A stretch of DNA of 64,000 nt from Epiperipatus broadwayi (Eukaryota > Animalia > Onychophora). The position numbers were made by a program, and so were the translations under genes. The stretch spans positions 15,376,001 through 15,440,000 of the forward strand of contig JAQFVV010000001.1 of the NCBI GenBank assembly GCA_028023455.1. The letters are read 5' to 3'. Under the pieces are notes generated by a model. It did not search any database, was not told the DNA's origin, and was given only the letters and a program-made list of their open reading frames with translations. Position 1 is the stretch's first letter, and every line of letters starts with the position of its first letter. Of the stretch, positions 38,347 to 50,309 are shown in pieces.

Positions 38347-38658
38347 TTAAAAAAGATAAAACTCACTATAAATATTGCCACACCCAGCAAACTAGAGTAA
38401 TCAATAGATGCCAGAAGGTTTGTGCATAAAATCCCCATCTAGTGCCTACTCATCCAATATCCCCAGACTAGTTTCTGGCTTATGGCCTTCGTCAGTCTGG
38501 GGATATTGGATGAGTAGGCACTAGATGGGGATTTTATGCACAAGCCTTCTGGCATCCATTGATTACTCTAGCTTGCTGTGTGTGGCAATATATAGTGAGT
38601 TTTGCCTGTTTTAACAACAGTTATACACAAGCATAAGATGAGATGGTCATGTGATGTT
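38347..38658 (-). mobile_element. Fold-back insertion with hammerhead at the apex
   Basis: About 120-bp arms (38347-38469 versus 38493-38615) plus a 43-bp unpaired extension. Exact direct repeat cattatcaagtga at 38334-38346 and 38659-38671. Confidence 0.9.
38466..38502 (-). ncRNA. Minimal type I hammerhead core, native stem I 3' strand apparently replaced
   Basis: Minus strand CCCCAGA-CTGACGA-a-GGC-cataa-GCC-a-GAA-ACTAGT-C: intact core, 3-bp stem II closed by an A-A mismatch, palindromic ACTAGT, GUC triplet. Predicted cleavage between 38466 and 38465. Confidence 0.75.
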
Positions 38659-39437
38659 CATTATCAAGTGACATAGTCAGAAGTTACGTAGATGATTAAA
38701 TTGCCATAAATTAGACTAATCAGCCAAAAAATTGATCTTAATGGCTTGTTGATACTACTATTTGCTATTTATTAACTTATTAAATGTTTAATTGGACAAA
38801 AGTGGAACAGATCAATGTTAATTAAGCAAGTCATACTGATTGCTTAATTTTAGAACTATATTATAAAATAATAAGGCTTTTTATACTCAAGAAATATGTA
38901 CGAGAAAATAATAAAAATAGTACTCACCATATAAAATTTGTTCAAGTGGCAATAAAATAGTTCATAATTTGTTTTCAGTTTTATATTAAAATTAATATTC
39001 TAAAACTTTTTCTCATAAAATCAGGAAGATCACCATATATTTGTTCATTATTTACACTATTTTTTTTTGTACTGAAAAATGTCTTAACATGCTATTACTC
39101 AATCAGCACAATAACTTCTTAAATGACTAGAACTGATTTGTTTTTTATTTATATTCTTCAACAAGGAATCAATTTTGAAACCTTTAGTTCTTGAATTCAT
39201 TTTCACCAATGGGGCACATTATTTAGTCTTGAATAGAGGAAGTAAAAATTATGATTAAAAAAAAAAGAAATTGAATTGGTCATGTACTTCACAGCAAGAA
39301 AATTATGAAATATATGATGGATGGTAGTTACTAGAGCACAAGAATGAGAGACAGAAGATGAAATGCGAAATTAATAAGTTAAACTTTTTTTTCAAAGGAA
39401 AATATAAATTTATTGAAATTATATAAGAACATATATT

Positions 39438-39690
39438 TAAATCAGCATTTATTTTTTATAGCGTCTGTATACAATTGTAATCACATTCATATCGGCTTTT
39501 TCAAACCAAATTGTGCAAACGCTTTTTGCAAGTGTTAAATAATAAATGAATATCCTCTGACCCATACAAGATATAGAATTTATGCAGCAATAAAATTCTA
39601 TATCTTGTATGGGTCAGAGGATATTCATTTATTATTTAACACTCGCAAAAAGCGTTTGCACAGTTTGGTTTGAAAAAGCCGATATGAATG
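39438..39690. mobile_element. Near-perfect 209 bp palindrome plus 45 bp unpaired extension, flanked by a 14 bp direct repeat
   Basis: 39483-39691 palindrome (2 transitions, 1 indel, loop gcagca). taagaacatatatt at 39424-39437 and 39691-39704. Confidence 0.9.
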
Positions 39691-40504
39691 TAAGAACATA
39701 TATTGAAAATTATTATCATCATCATTAGCAAAAACTCATAAATCCATGTAGCCATTATAACCCCAATGGGAAAAATAAAATAAAATAGAAAGATACTGAA
39801 TAAAAGTAGGAAAAATAAAAGTCCGGAGTCAGAATTGCTATGTATGTGTAGTCAAATGATGAATTAGTGGTTGCATAAACACACAAACCCATTACAATAC
39901 TTGGTGCAAAGAGATGTATTTATGGCATAAAAGGCCCACAATGATGAGATTCCTTTACAATCTAAGTGACTGAAGGAAAAAAAAAATAGATATGGTATGA
40001 GAGAAAAAATAATGAAGATTTATTTAGTAATAAATATTAGTTTTTCCATTCATCTTTCAACCAATCATATTTTTTTTTGCAGTGCATATATATTATAATT
40101 TCAAAATTTAACACTCTTATTTCAGTAGGACAGCATATTATCAGAGATCAGTATAACAAGCAAATGACAATTACTTAATTTTAGTATATGTATTATGTAT
40201 ACATACATTGTAAAGAATTACACACATTAAAAGTATATTTATGGAAAATTTTTTAAAATTAGATTTTAGTTTGTAGTATTTAAATGAACTTTCCAATAAG
40301 AAGAAAATAAAGATTGATAGTAATGAATTAAAAGTTAACAATTATAAAATACTTCAATTACATTAAAAGTGCTCAAGGAAACAGATTGAATGTTTTATTA
40401 CAGAATTCAACTTGGATGGATGTTTTTGATAAAAATAATAATACTAAAAGGAATTTATGATTTTACTTATTAAAAAAAAGTTTTATTAATAATTACTTAT
40501 GAAT

Positions 40505-40830
40505 CATAAACCTAGACACTTAATAGAAGAGCAATATATAGTCTTCAAACTTAGCAAAATATGAAAGCATGTACATTGGTAATAATAAGGAGATATTAAA
40601 TGCAAAATACATGGGTGAAAATATTACTGATATTAATGAAAGAATTAAAAAGCTGAAATGGAACAGAAATAAGGCTAATTAAAGTCTTAAGTTGGATCCC
40701 AATATATTGCAAAAGACTAGAAATCAGACATGAAATGGATAGATAAGATAGGTAAACTCAATGGAGTGATGTGGAGAAGAGAAACTATACATCAGAGAAC
40801 TTGGATTAAACTCAGAGCTTTGTGTTGAAA
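40505..40830 (+). mobile_element. Decayed 3' fragment of the RTE family at 45.5-48.7 kb
   Basis: gtgatgtggagaagagaa and tggattaaact match 48652-48700; upstream aaaagctgaaatgg matches the KRLKW region. Confidence 0.75.
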
Positions 40831-43800
40831 TCAAATGCTAGTGATTGAAAATGAAGATTTCAAATTATTGATTTTTATCAAATTTGTCACAGATTTATAT
40901 AATACTATTATCATTAATTATCTTCCAAAAGACAAATCTCAAACATAACACATTCTTCAAACCTTTTTATCTGTTAATCAATTTCATGTTGGGAAAAATT
41001 TTTTGAATGTGGATCTCATTATAAACCAGGCAGCCTCTTAAATATCACATTTAGCAAACATTATGTACATTTTATACAAGCCAATATTATTTTGGTATAA
41101 TCAAGAATTAAATGCAACATATAGAAAGTCATAAAGACCTGTAGGTTATGTATGCATGCTTTACTCCTTAAACATGCTTTAAATGTGTAGTGTTATATGT
41201 TAATTGTATTAAATGCTACTTAGCAATTCTATTTAAAATAGTTAAAAATCCATTACATATTTTATTTGTAATTAAATGTTGAATAGCATAAATAAGTAAT
41301 TAAAATAGCCTAATGGAAGATCAATATACTTATGGCAATTCTGTTAATAAATTTGTATTAAAGAATTAGATTCTTATATGATTACACTGGTTTTTTTAAA
41401 AGTATCTTTTCTCTACAGAAACAATATATAGATTTTATTTTTTTGCTTTTTTATTCATTTTTGCAGTGAAAAGCCAGAAAGATGATGTAAGAAATAGATA
41501 TAGCTAAACAGAGACAATTTATAGAAATCAGAATTGTAAATATTATTTACTTTTCTATCTTTTAAAAAAACAAACAAACAAAAAAACATATATATATTAA
41601 TTTGAAAAATATAAAAATAAAACAAATTATTAAAATAAAAAAAAGTGAAAGTACATGAAATTAATTATCATTAAATGAAGAAATAAACATGATCAAAATA
41701 ACTGTTTGTGGTAAAAAATAAAAAAAGGGTGGGGTTGGAATAAAATCCACAATAGTGGTAATTGATTACATTTAATTAGATTTAATGGTGAAATAATTTG
41801 AACCATGTTAATTAATTATCAATTTGATGCAGAGATGAAATACTAAAGAGTAAAATGTCTATTATTAATAATAATTCTTTAGTAGAAGTGTAATTGTTAC
41901 TAAGTATTTTATATTGTCTGGCAATCCTAGAATTCATAGTTATTAAGATATCACTCATTGCATTTTAATTATTGATTATCAACCAACATCTATTATCAAT
42001 GTTTTATGTTTGTCAGCTTTCATGGATAATCTCTGAAACATTTGCATTCATTATTCAGAAGTATCCACAGAATTAATTGATGTTCGAAAATAATCTTTAA
42101 AATAAATATATATATATATAGTTAATTTTTTAAAAGGCTGATGTTCAACCACTAAAGTGTTATGTTGAACATAAATTTTTCATTTCAATTCATTTTTTTA
42201 AAAAAAACTTTATTCTGCTGAAAATTGTTTTAAGAATATTGTTTTTGAATCTACTATTCTTATCACTGTGCTAAACCACAAAATACAACTCATACATTTG
42301 TAAAACACTAACAAAATTAAAATTATATTTTCAGGTTATTATAATAAATTACATATCACTTCCCTATATTTGTAAAGTCTCTATCGCTTACAGCATTATC
42401 AATACAGAATATGTTTAAATGATGAAATATTTAGGATTAAAATTTTAAAAAATCACTGTAAGTCATATAAACAAAAACAGATATATAAAACACTTGTTAA
42501 ATCAACTGAAATTTTTTTTCTTGATATTTTCATTAAGTTTGAGATCAAACTAAAAAATAAGTAACAATCTACTAGGTGTTTGATTAACAATTTCTCTAAT
42601 GGATTCTAATGATATTTCATTAGTATAAAAGGCTGGTATAAAAGTAGTAACTAGTCATATATCTGATGAGGGAACTGATATTTGAATCTTTCTGTTTATT
42701 GAATTTTCATAAAAAATTGTCTTGCAACAGTCTTTATACACTGCAATTTTCAGCAGTTTTTATAATTGCACTTGATCTTGATTAGGAGAATTCAACAAAA
42801 TGTATATATAAATGTATGTGATATCCATTGTATCAAATTTTCTTGATAGCTGCCTTTTGTTGTCAAACATTTATCATGAGGAAATAAAATAGTTTTAACT
42901 TTAAGCTAATCCATACACTCTTAATAATTTATTTCAGTAGCAGAACTTTGTTATTTGCATTTTAATTTTTTTGTTAAAACAAAACATAGCCGCAATTAAG
43001 GAACAAAAATCAAGTTTGTATAATGTTGACTCTATCCATTGTTACATTAGAATATATAATTATCCCATGGATGATTATTACATTCTTCCTAACATTTATT
43101 AAAGCTTTAGCCACATTATTAAGAAATGTTGGCAGGATGGTCTTATTATCAATTACAATAACTCTGTCATCTGAAAAGAGGAGCTCCATGATTAAGATTA
43201 GCAGCATTCATATTTTACTAGTCTGAACACTGAAACATAACGACTATTTTAAATAAAAACATAATTTCTGAGGCCTTTAAAAATATAGTACAAAAGGATT
43301 GAAAAAGGAATTATAAAGCGACTATAACATAACTATGTCTTACCTCATATTTAACAATAAAACTATTAGGTATATGATCATCAAACTATAATATTGGCCT
43401 TTATATATATTTTTATTGTAGAGTACAATAAATATAAACAAATCTTGGGAGACATCTAATTTTTTATGGTATTAATTTTACAAACTCTTCTACTTTACAA
43501 AAAAGCAACTTTTTCACAAATAGATTGGAAAAAAAATACAAAAAACAAAAACAAAACAAGTCTCCATGATAGATTGTCTATATAACAAATATTTTTATTA
43601 GATCAATGATCAAAATGAAAAGTGGTTTTCATGATTTTTTTGGAATTATTTTAAATATGAAATACACATTGGTTTAACATTCAATGGAAACCATAATATG
43701 TCTTAAGAAGCATTTAATCAACTTTTTTTTTTAAAAAAAAAACTTTAGAAGCTTTATCATCTTTATTTTTTGTGAAATGCTTCTTTTTTAATGAAGTATT

Positions 43801-44896
43801 TCTTCATTCTCTTTAAAAATTTCCAACAGGTATATCTTTACATAGTTTTTTCTTGGAGAATCTGTCATTGCATTGGAAGAGACTTCATTAGATTTTTTCT
43901 ATGTCAGTCACTTCAGAAAGATTAAGGAATATACAAACTTGAGTTTGCTGGTTTATCTTTAGAATTTGGTTTGCAGAAATGTTCATCTTTCAAATTTTTT
44001 TTCCTTTCTACACATGGCTCACCAAATACAGACATTATGTGAAATATTATAATGATGTGAATCTTCAGAGGTACTTATATTTTGATATATTGATTCAAAC
44101 ATGATATTAAGTTTTATAATTTCAAATAATAGTTTTTTGTATATTTTCTAGGTTCTCTTTCTATTATTAACTTCACATATAAAAAATAATTGTTTGAATT
44201 ATATGATTTTACAATTATAATAAATACTTCAACATTTAAATAATTTAAACTGCACTTTACACAAAAAAGTGAAGCTTGTCTAAAATATTATTAAAGAGTT
44301 ATATGGCTAAGCGCTTTCAGAGAACTTAAGTCTCCATATTCATAGCCTACTTTAATTGAAGTTTAGCGATGATTTAAACTAAATTAATTCACAATATATA
44401 AAATGAAAATTACCAAAGCATTAACAAATCCAGTATTAAGCATATTTTAAAAGTATTTAACGGTAGTATTGTGAACTGCTTTGGATATAAACATAAAAGA
44501 TAGCACAATGAAATAAATTAAATATAGCTTTGTAACTAATAATTACATCATTAATCAACTTTTTAGGTTTTTGATGTAGCATTTTTGTTATTTTCTATAT
44601 ATATATAAAGAGCCTAATAAAAAAGTTTGTCCAAATCAATTCATTTTCTCTTGTTCAGTCTACTATCAGTAGACTTGCTAAGATTATAATTTAATTATGA
44701 GAAATTATATTTTGCAGTCAAAGATACACTTTGTATATTTCTATATGATGACAATTAGAAATTATCACAATAAATTTATGATGTTTGAGAAACATGGTTT
44801 AAAAGTGGCAAACAATAACCAATGATGATCAAGTTACTGCTTGGCATAATACTTTACTTTTTGTTACTAAATCTGCCAATGGGGTGCATACAATCA

Positions 44897-44965
<69 letters not shown>
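44897..44965. repeat. (ATT)n microsatellite, about 23 units
   Basis: Direct reading. Confidence 0.95.
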
Positions 44966-44967
<2 letters not shown>

Positions 44968-45514
44968 AACTCTGCAAATGATTTGTGAACTAGATTAGCT
45001 GTGCATTTTTGTTTGGATGTAAAATCTGTTAAATGTACTATATTAAATTAAATTAAATTAAATTAAATTATTATTATTATTATTATTATTATAATAAATA
45101 CTATTAAATAAATAAAAATAATCTGTATTACAAAAAGGAAAAAAGATAAACCAAAACCAAGATTTAAACACTGCCTCTCCTCCCTCTCAAACATGAGAGT
45201 TATAGATAAATATGATATTAATGAATAACAAATAATGTATCATAATTCCATATTTTATCATAATTATGAATACTGAACATTAAATATTTATAATGATATA
45301 CAATGTTCTATAACAATTAGCAATAATAAAGCACAAGTATTTAAGATTCTGATACAATAATCATGATGTTGATTACCTCATTTTTATTCCAGTAACTGAG
45401 AAAGAAAAAAAAACCTTCCATTAACTGAAAGAGGGAGATAGGAGCTAATAAGAATAAAACTACAAACTTGCTATTTGTAAATATCATGGATACTTACTAT
45501 CCAATACTAATTAT

Positions 45515-48500
45515 TGGCTGCAGAAAGGAGTTTGCTATTAACTGAGATCCTTTGATTCCTCTTGGAGGCCTTAAAGGAACTGATCAGGGCAAATTCCTAA
45601 TGTCCACTCCATATGTTCTTGTCGTTGTAGCTGTTTTTACTATGTGATTATTCATTTAGTATACGAACATGGATGGGCTGCTCACCAACACACATTAGTC
45701 AGCGTGGTGACTTTATTGGCTTTTTACCTCTGAGTTTAAGATCAAGAAACACTATGGTTTTTCTTCTCAATGCCTGATAAGGCAGAATGAATGTTTGTGT
45801 AAATGATAAATATTTTTCCAATACATATATATATAATTATGACAGACAAAATTAAAGCATGGCCTTTCCAGGAGGCTGTAAAGTCATCAACCAAGGCAGC
45901 GGTTGGTGGCCGAAGGCAGAGGGTGCTAAGAATCCCCTGATTGTGGACCCAGGCTGCCATTTGATGATGAATTTTTATTTATGTACTTACAACTGCAGAT
46001 CACTATCAAGTGAAGGGAGATTGCAAGAATTAGAAGAAGAACAGTCTTATATTAAATGGGACATTATTGGACTTTGTGAAGTTAGAAGAAAAGGTGAAGA
46101 GACAATTGATTTAAAAAGTGGACATATACTCTATTATAAAGGCTCAAATATTGAAGATACAAGTGGAGTAGGATTCATTATAAATAAAAAGTGGAAGAAC
46201 AATATTGTGGAGATTGATGGTGTATTGGACAGAGTGGCAAGATTAGTTATACAACTTAATAGCAGATAATTCAGGTTTATGCCCCAACAAGTTCTCATAG
46301 TGATGAAGTAGTAGAAGATTTTTATATGGATGTACAAAAAGCTTTTGATCAGAGTAAACAACATTTTATAATTGCTATGGGAGACTTTATTGCTAGAATT
46401 GGTAAACAAATGAAAGATGAAAGTGCTGTAGGTAATTTTGGTTATGGTAATAGAAATGAGAGAGGCACAGACTAGTGGAGTTTGCAGAAAAAGAAAACCT
46501 TTGTATTATGAATTCTTTTTTTGAAAAATATGTTAAAAGGAAATGGATATGGAAGCATCCAAATGAAGGTACAGCAGAATTGGATTATATTTTGACTAAC
46601 AGAAAAGACATATTTCAAGATTGTAATGTTCTTAATAAATTTAACACAGGAAGTGATCATCGATTAGTAAGGTGTAAGATACGTGTTAATGTAAAACTAG
46701 AGAGACAAAAATTATTAAGAAAAACAATATTTACAGTTGATATTCTTAATCTTCAGAAACATTCTAATGAATTTAAATTAGAACTTACAAATCGGTTTCA
46801 AGTATTAGTAGATTTTGAACATGATTCAGATTTGAATGAAATTAATATGAAAATAACTGATACACTTTTAAAAACAGCAACAAAGATAGCTGGTAGAAAA
46901 AAGCAGCAATTGACCAATAAATTTTCTACTGAGATTAGAGAATTTATGAAGAAAAGAAGGAATGTGAAGATATACAAAAATGATGCATTAAAAAGAATTG
47001 AATATCTCGAATTTTGTAAAATGCTGTGGGAAAGAGTTGAAAATAATATAAGAAAGTATAACTGTGAACTAGCAAGAAAAGCTATAGAAGAAAATAAAAG
47101 TCTCAAGAATGTAAAACAACATTTTGGTATTGGTAGGAAATTTATATCTGCAATAAGAAGAAAAGATGGAATTATTACTAAAATGAGAGATGACAACATG
47201 AAATTGGTAGAAGATTTTTATCAAGAATTATATAGTAATAAAGAACAAGTACCTCCTATATCTATTACATCTTCCGAATTGCCCAGAATTTTAAATGAAG
47301 AAGTGAGACATGCAATTAAATGTATGAAGAAAGGAAAGGCTCCAGATAATGATGGAATTATAATTGATATATTAAAAGAAGCAGGTGAAGAAATAGAATT
47401 TTTTTTAGCAAAGTTATATACCAAATGTCTAAATGATAAAGATGTATCAGATGATTGGAAGAATGCAGTAATAATATTAATATTTTAAAAAAGGTGATAA
47501 AGAAGATATTAGAAATTACAGACCTATCAGCCTTTTATCAGTTTTATATAATAATTTTACCAAGATAATTACAACTCGCCTACAGAGAATATTGGATTTC
47601 CACCAACCAAGAGAACAAGCTGGATTTAAAAGTGATTTTAGTATAGTAGATCATATCCAGGTATTAAGTGAAGTTATAGAAAAAACAAATGAATATGAGT
47701 TGTCATTATGTTTTGGATTTGTGGATTATGAAAAGGCATTTGATTCTATAAATATTTCTTCAGTGATTAAAGCATTGGATCATCAAGGTATAGATCCAGG
47801 ATATTGTCATATTTTAAAGAATATTTATAAAAATGCAACAGTAACAATTAGCTTACATAATGATACTGGGAAAGTCAATATTGAGAAAGATGTAAGACAA
47901 GGTGACCTCATATCTCCAAAACTTTTTACAGCAGTGTTGCAAGAAGTATTTTGTGGATTAAAATGGGAAACTAAAGGAGTGAAAGTAAATGGAGATTATT
48001 TAAGACATTTATATTTCGCAGATGATGTAGTTGTTTTTGAAAATAATGCTTCAGACCTGCAGGAGTTATCAGATGAAAGTAGGACTAAAGATAAATGTTA
48101 AAAAGACTAAAGTAATGTTTAATCGATTTGCTCAAAATATGAAAATAAAGATTGATTATGATGAATTAGAAGAAGTTAACAGTTACAAATACCTTGGTCA
48201 GATTATTAATGCAGATGAAAACATAATGGAGAAAATTAATCATAGAATTAAACTTGGTTGGAGTGCTTTTGGTAGAAATAACTTGATACTAAAAGGAAAT
48301 ATGCCTATGTGTTCGAAAAGGAAGGTTTTTAACAAATGTGTTTTACCAGTTTTTACTTACGGATCTGAGACTTGGACACTTAATAGAAGAGCAATACAGG
48401 TATGGAGAGATGTATGTTGGGAGCAACAAGAAGAGATCGTAAACACAATGTATGGGTAAGAGAACAAACAGGTGTTACTGACCTCATTGAAAAAATTAAA

Positions 48501-48748
48501 AGATTGAAGTGGAGTTGGGCTGGACATATTGTTACAAGAGATGATAATCAATGGACAATTGAAATTTTAGACTGGATTCCAAGAGATTGTAAAAGACCCA
48601 GAAAGAAACCACATGTGAGATGGATGGATGAAATAAGAAAGTGTGCAGGGGTGATGTGGAGAAGAGAAGCTAAAGATCAGAGAAGATGGATTAAACTTGG
48701 AGAGACCTTCATTCTGCAGTGGATTGATAATGGTTGATGATGATGATG
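45515..48748 (+). mobile_element. Near full-length RTE-clade LINE, single APE-RT ORF disrupted
   Basis: APE motifs TYNCRSL, WDIIGLCEVR, YAPT, GDF, LDYIL, SDHRLV. RT motifs NYRPISLL, QAGF, FVDYEKAFDSI, VRQGD.ISP.LF, FADD, YKYLG. C-terminal WAGH...WIPRDCKRPRKKP. (GAT)n tail. Possible TSD actaattat (45506-45514, 48749-48757). Confidence 0.95.
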
Positions 48749-50309
48749 ACTAATTATAAAATTTTTGTCATTAAATTATATTATTATATATGTAAGTATA
48801 GGAGATAACTTTGAGCATTAAAACTAAAATTTAAATCCAATATCCAATTAACATGTATTCCACTTAGTTATTTTACATGTACCTGCACATTAAGTCAATA
48901 TCACTCCACACTATGGCCTGAGCAATTTAGCACTGTTCAGTGACATATTCGAGAACTAAAAGTTTATAAATCATATAATAGATAGGAAAAGTAATAATAG
49001 TTTGGTCTAATAGATAGCACTATTGTACTCAGTCTATCGAACTGATGGTTAAAAGTCATATGTATCTATAAGAAATAGTCTATATACTTACAATTACAAC
49101 ATGTATATACATATAAAATGTTCCGAATCAACAAACATTTTAAAGTGCTAACATTCTGGATCATGAATTATGTCATGAAATGTGATTAATGGGTATCTTG
49201 CCATCATAAAATGTGGCAAACACTTGAAAAATTTATTGAAATTCATGGTTTCTACAACAATTCTGCCCAATTTAAATCAAAATTTAATATTAGCACTTTG
49301 TCTCATTATGAGTTATAATATGAAACACAATTCACATCATAACTCTTGATGCTAATGCCTTAAAATTTTTGTGGTAAATTTCCAATCTATGTCACTGTGT
49401 AACACAAATATTGATTAAGAGATGGTAAGTAGGCAACTTGGAGAGAGAATCAATCATGTCAGCTTTTCATTGGAACACACTGAGTATAATAATAAGAAAT
49501 AGATATTTGCCATGAGATTAAATTAAAATTATATTGACACTTTATTTACAATCAAATGTAAAACAATAATAAAGTTTCATCACAGACTGACATTTTAAAA
49601 CCGTGCCATTATACAACAATTTAGTGCATTTCTAAACTTACTTGTAAGAGAGGGAATTTTCTGAAGTTGAGATAGTTTCACTAATTAAACATAAACTAAT
49701 GCTAATCTCTAATTCAGTTATAGTATTCAATGTGTATGCTTCTATTAACTTTAAATGACAGCTATACCAATTGTAAGACAATCATCTTGATTAATTATGA
49801 TCAAAATCATCTAGGCAATAAGCCAGAGGTCTCATTTAAGATGATAATACTACAGTCCATATCATTTACTATAGTATTCGTGATACAAATAATTTACAAT
49901 TCTTACCTTACCTATTACAACAAACTATTTATTAGTTGTAATAAAAAACAATATTTTGAAAATATTTTAAATATTTTTGAAACTCATTCTCTATGAGAAT
50001 GTACATCCTTGTCAGAAATTTGTTTTCACAATTTTATTTTATACATCAATCCTTACTAGTTACAAATCACTATGTAAAACATAAATATTTTCTAAAAATG
50101 ACATATTATATAATATTATCCTTGATACATTATGCTGTATTACATAGATCTTTATATTTTAATAAATATATTATAGCTATATGTGTATCTTCATCAGCTA
50201 AATATATCACAAATGTTTCTGAATTATGCAAACAATCTATTATACAACTTTTTGTAATGCTTTATTTATCCATAAGTCAAAAAAATTATAAACCTTTATT
50301 ACTTTAATG

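Noticed and set aside
43010-43226. Overlapping 65-67 aa ORFs
   Set aside because: Composition typical of chance ORFs in AT-rich DNA; no motif.
45515-45960. HDV-like ribozyme in the RTE 5' UTR
   Set aside because: Could not assemble the nested double pseudoknot (no matching P1/P2 pairs around the candidate L3 and GCTAA motifs).
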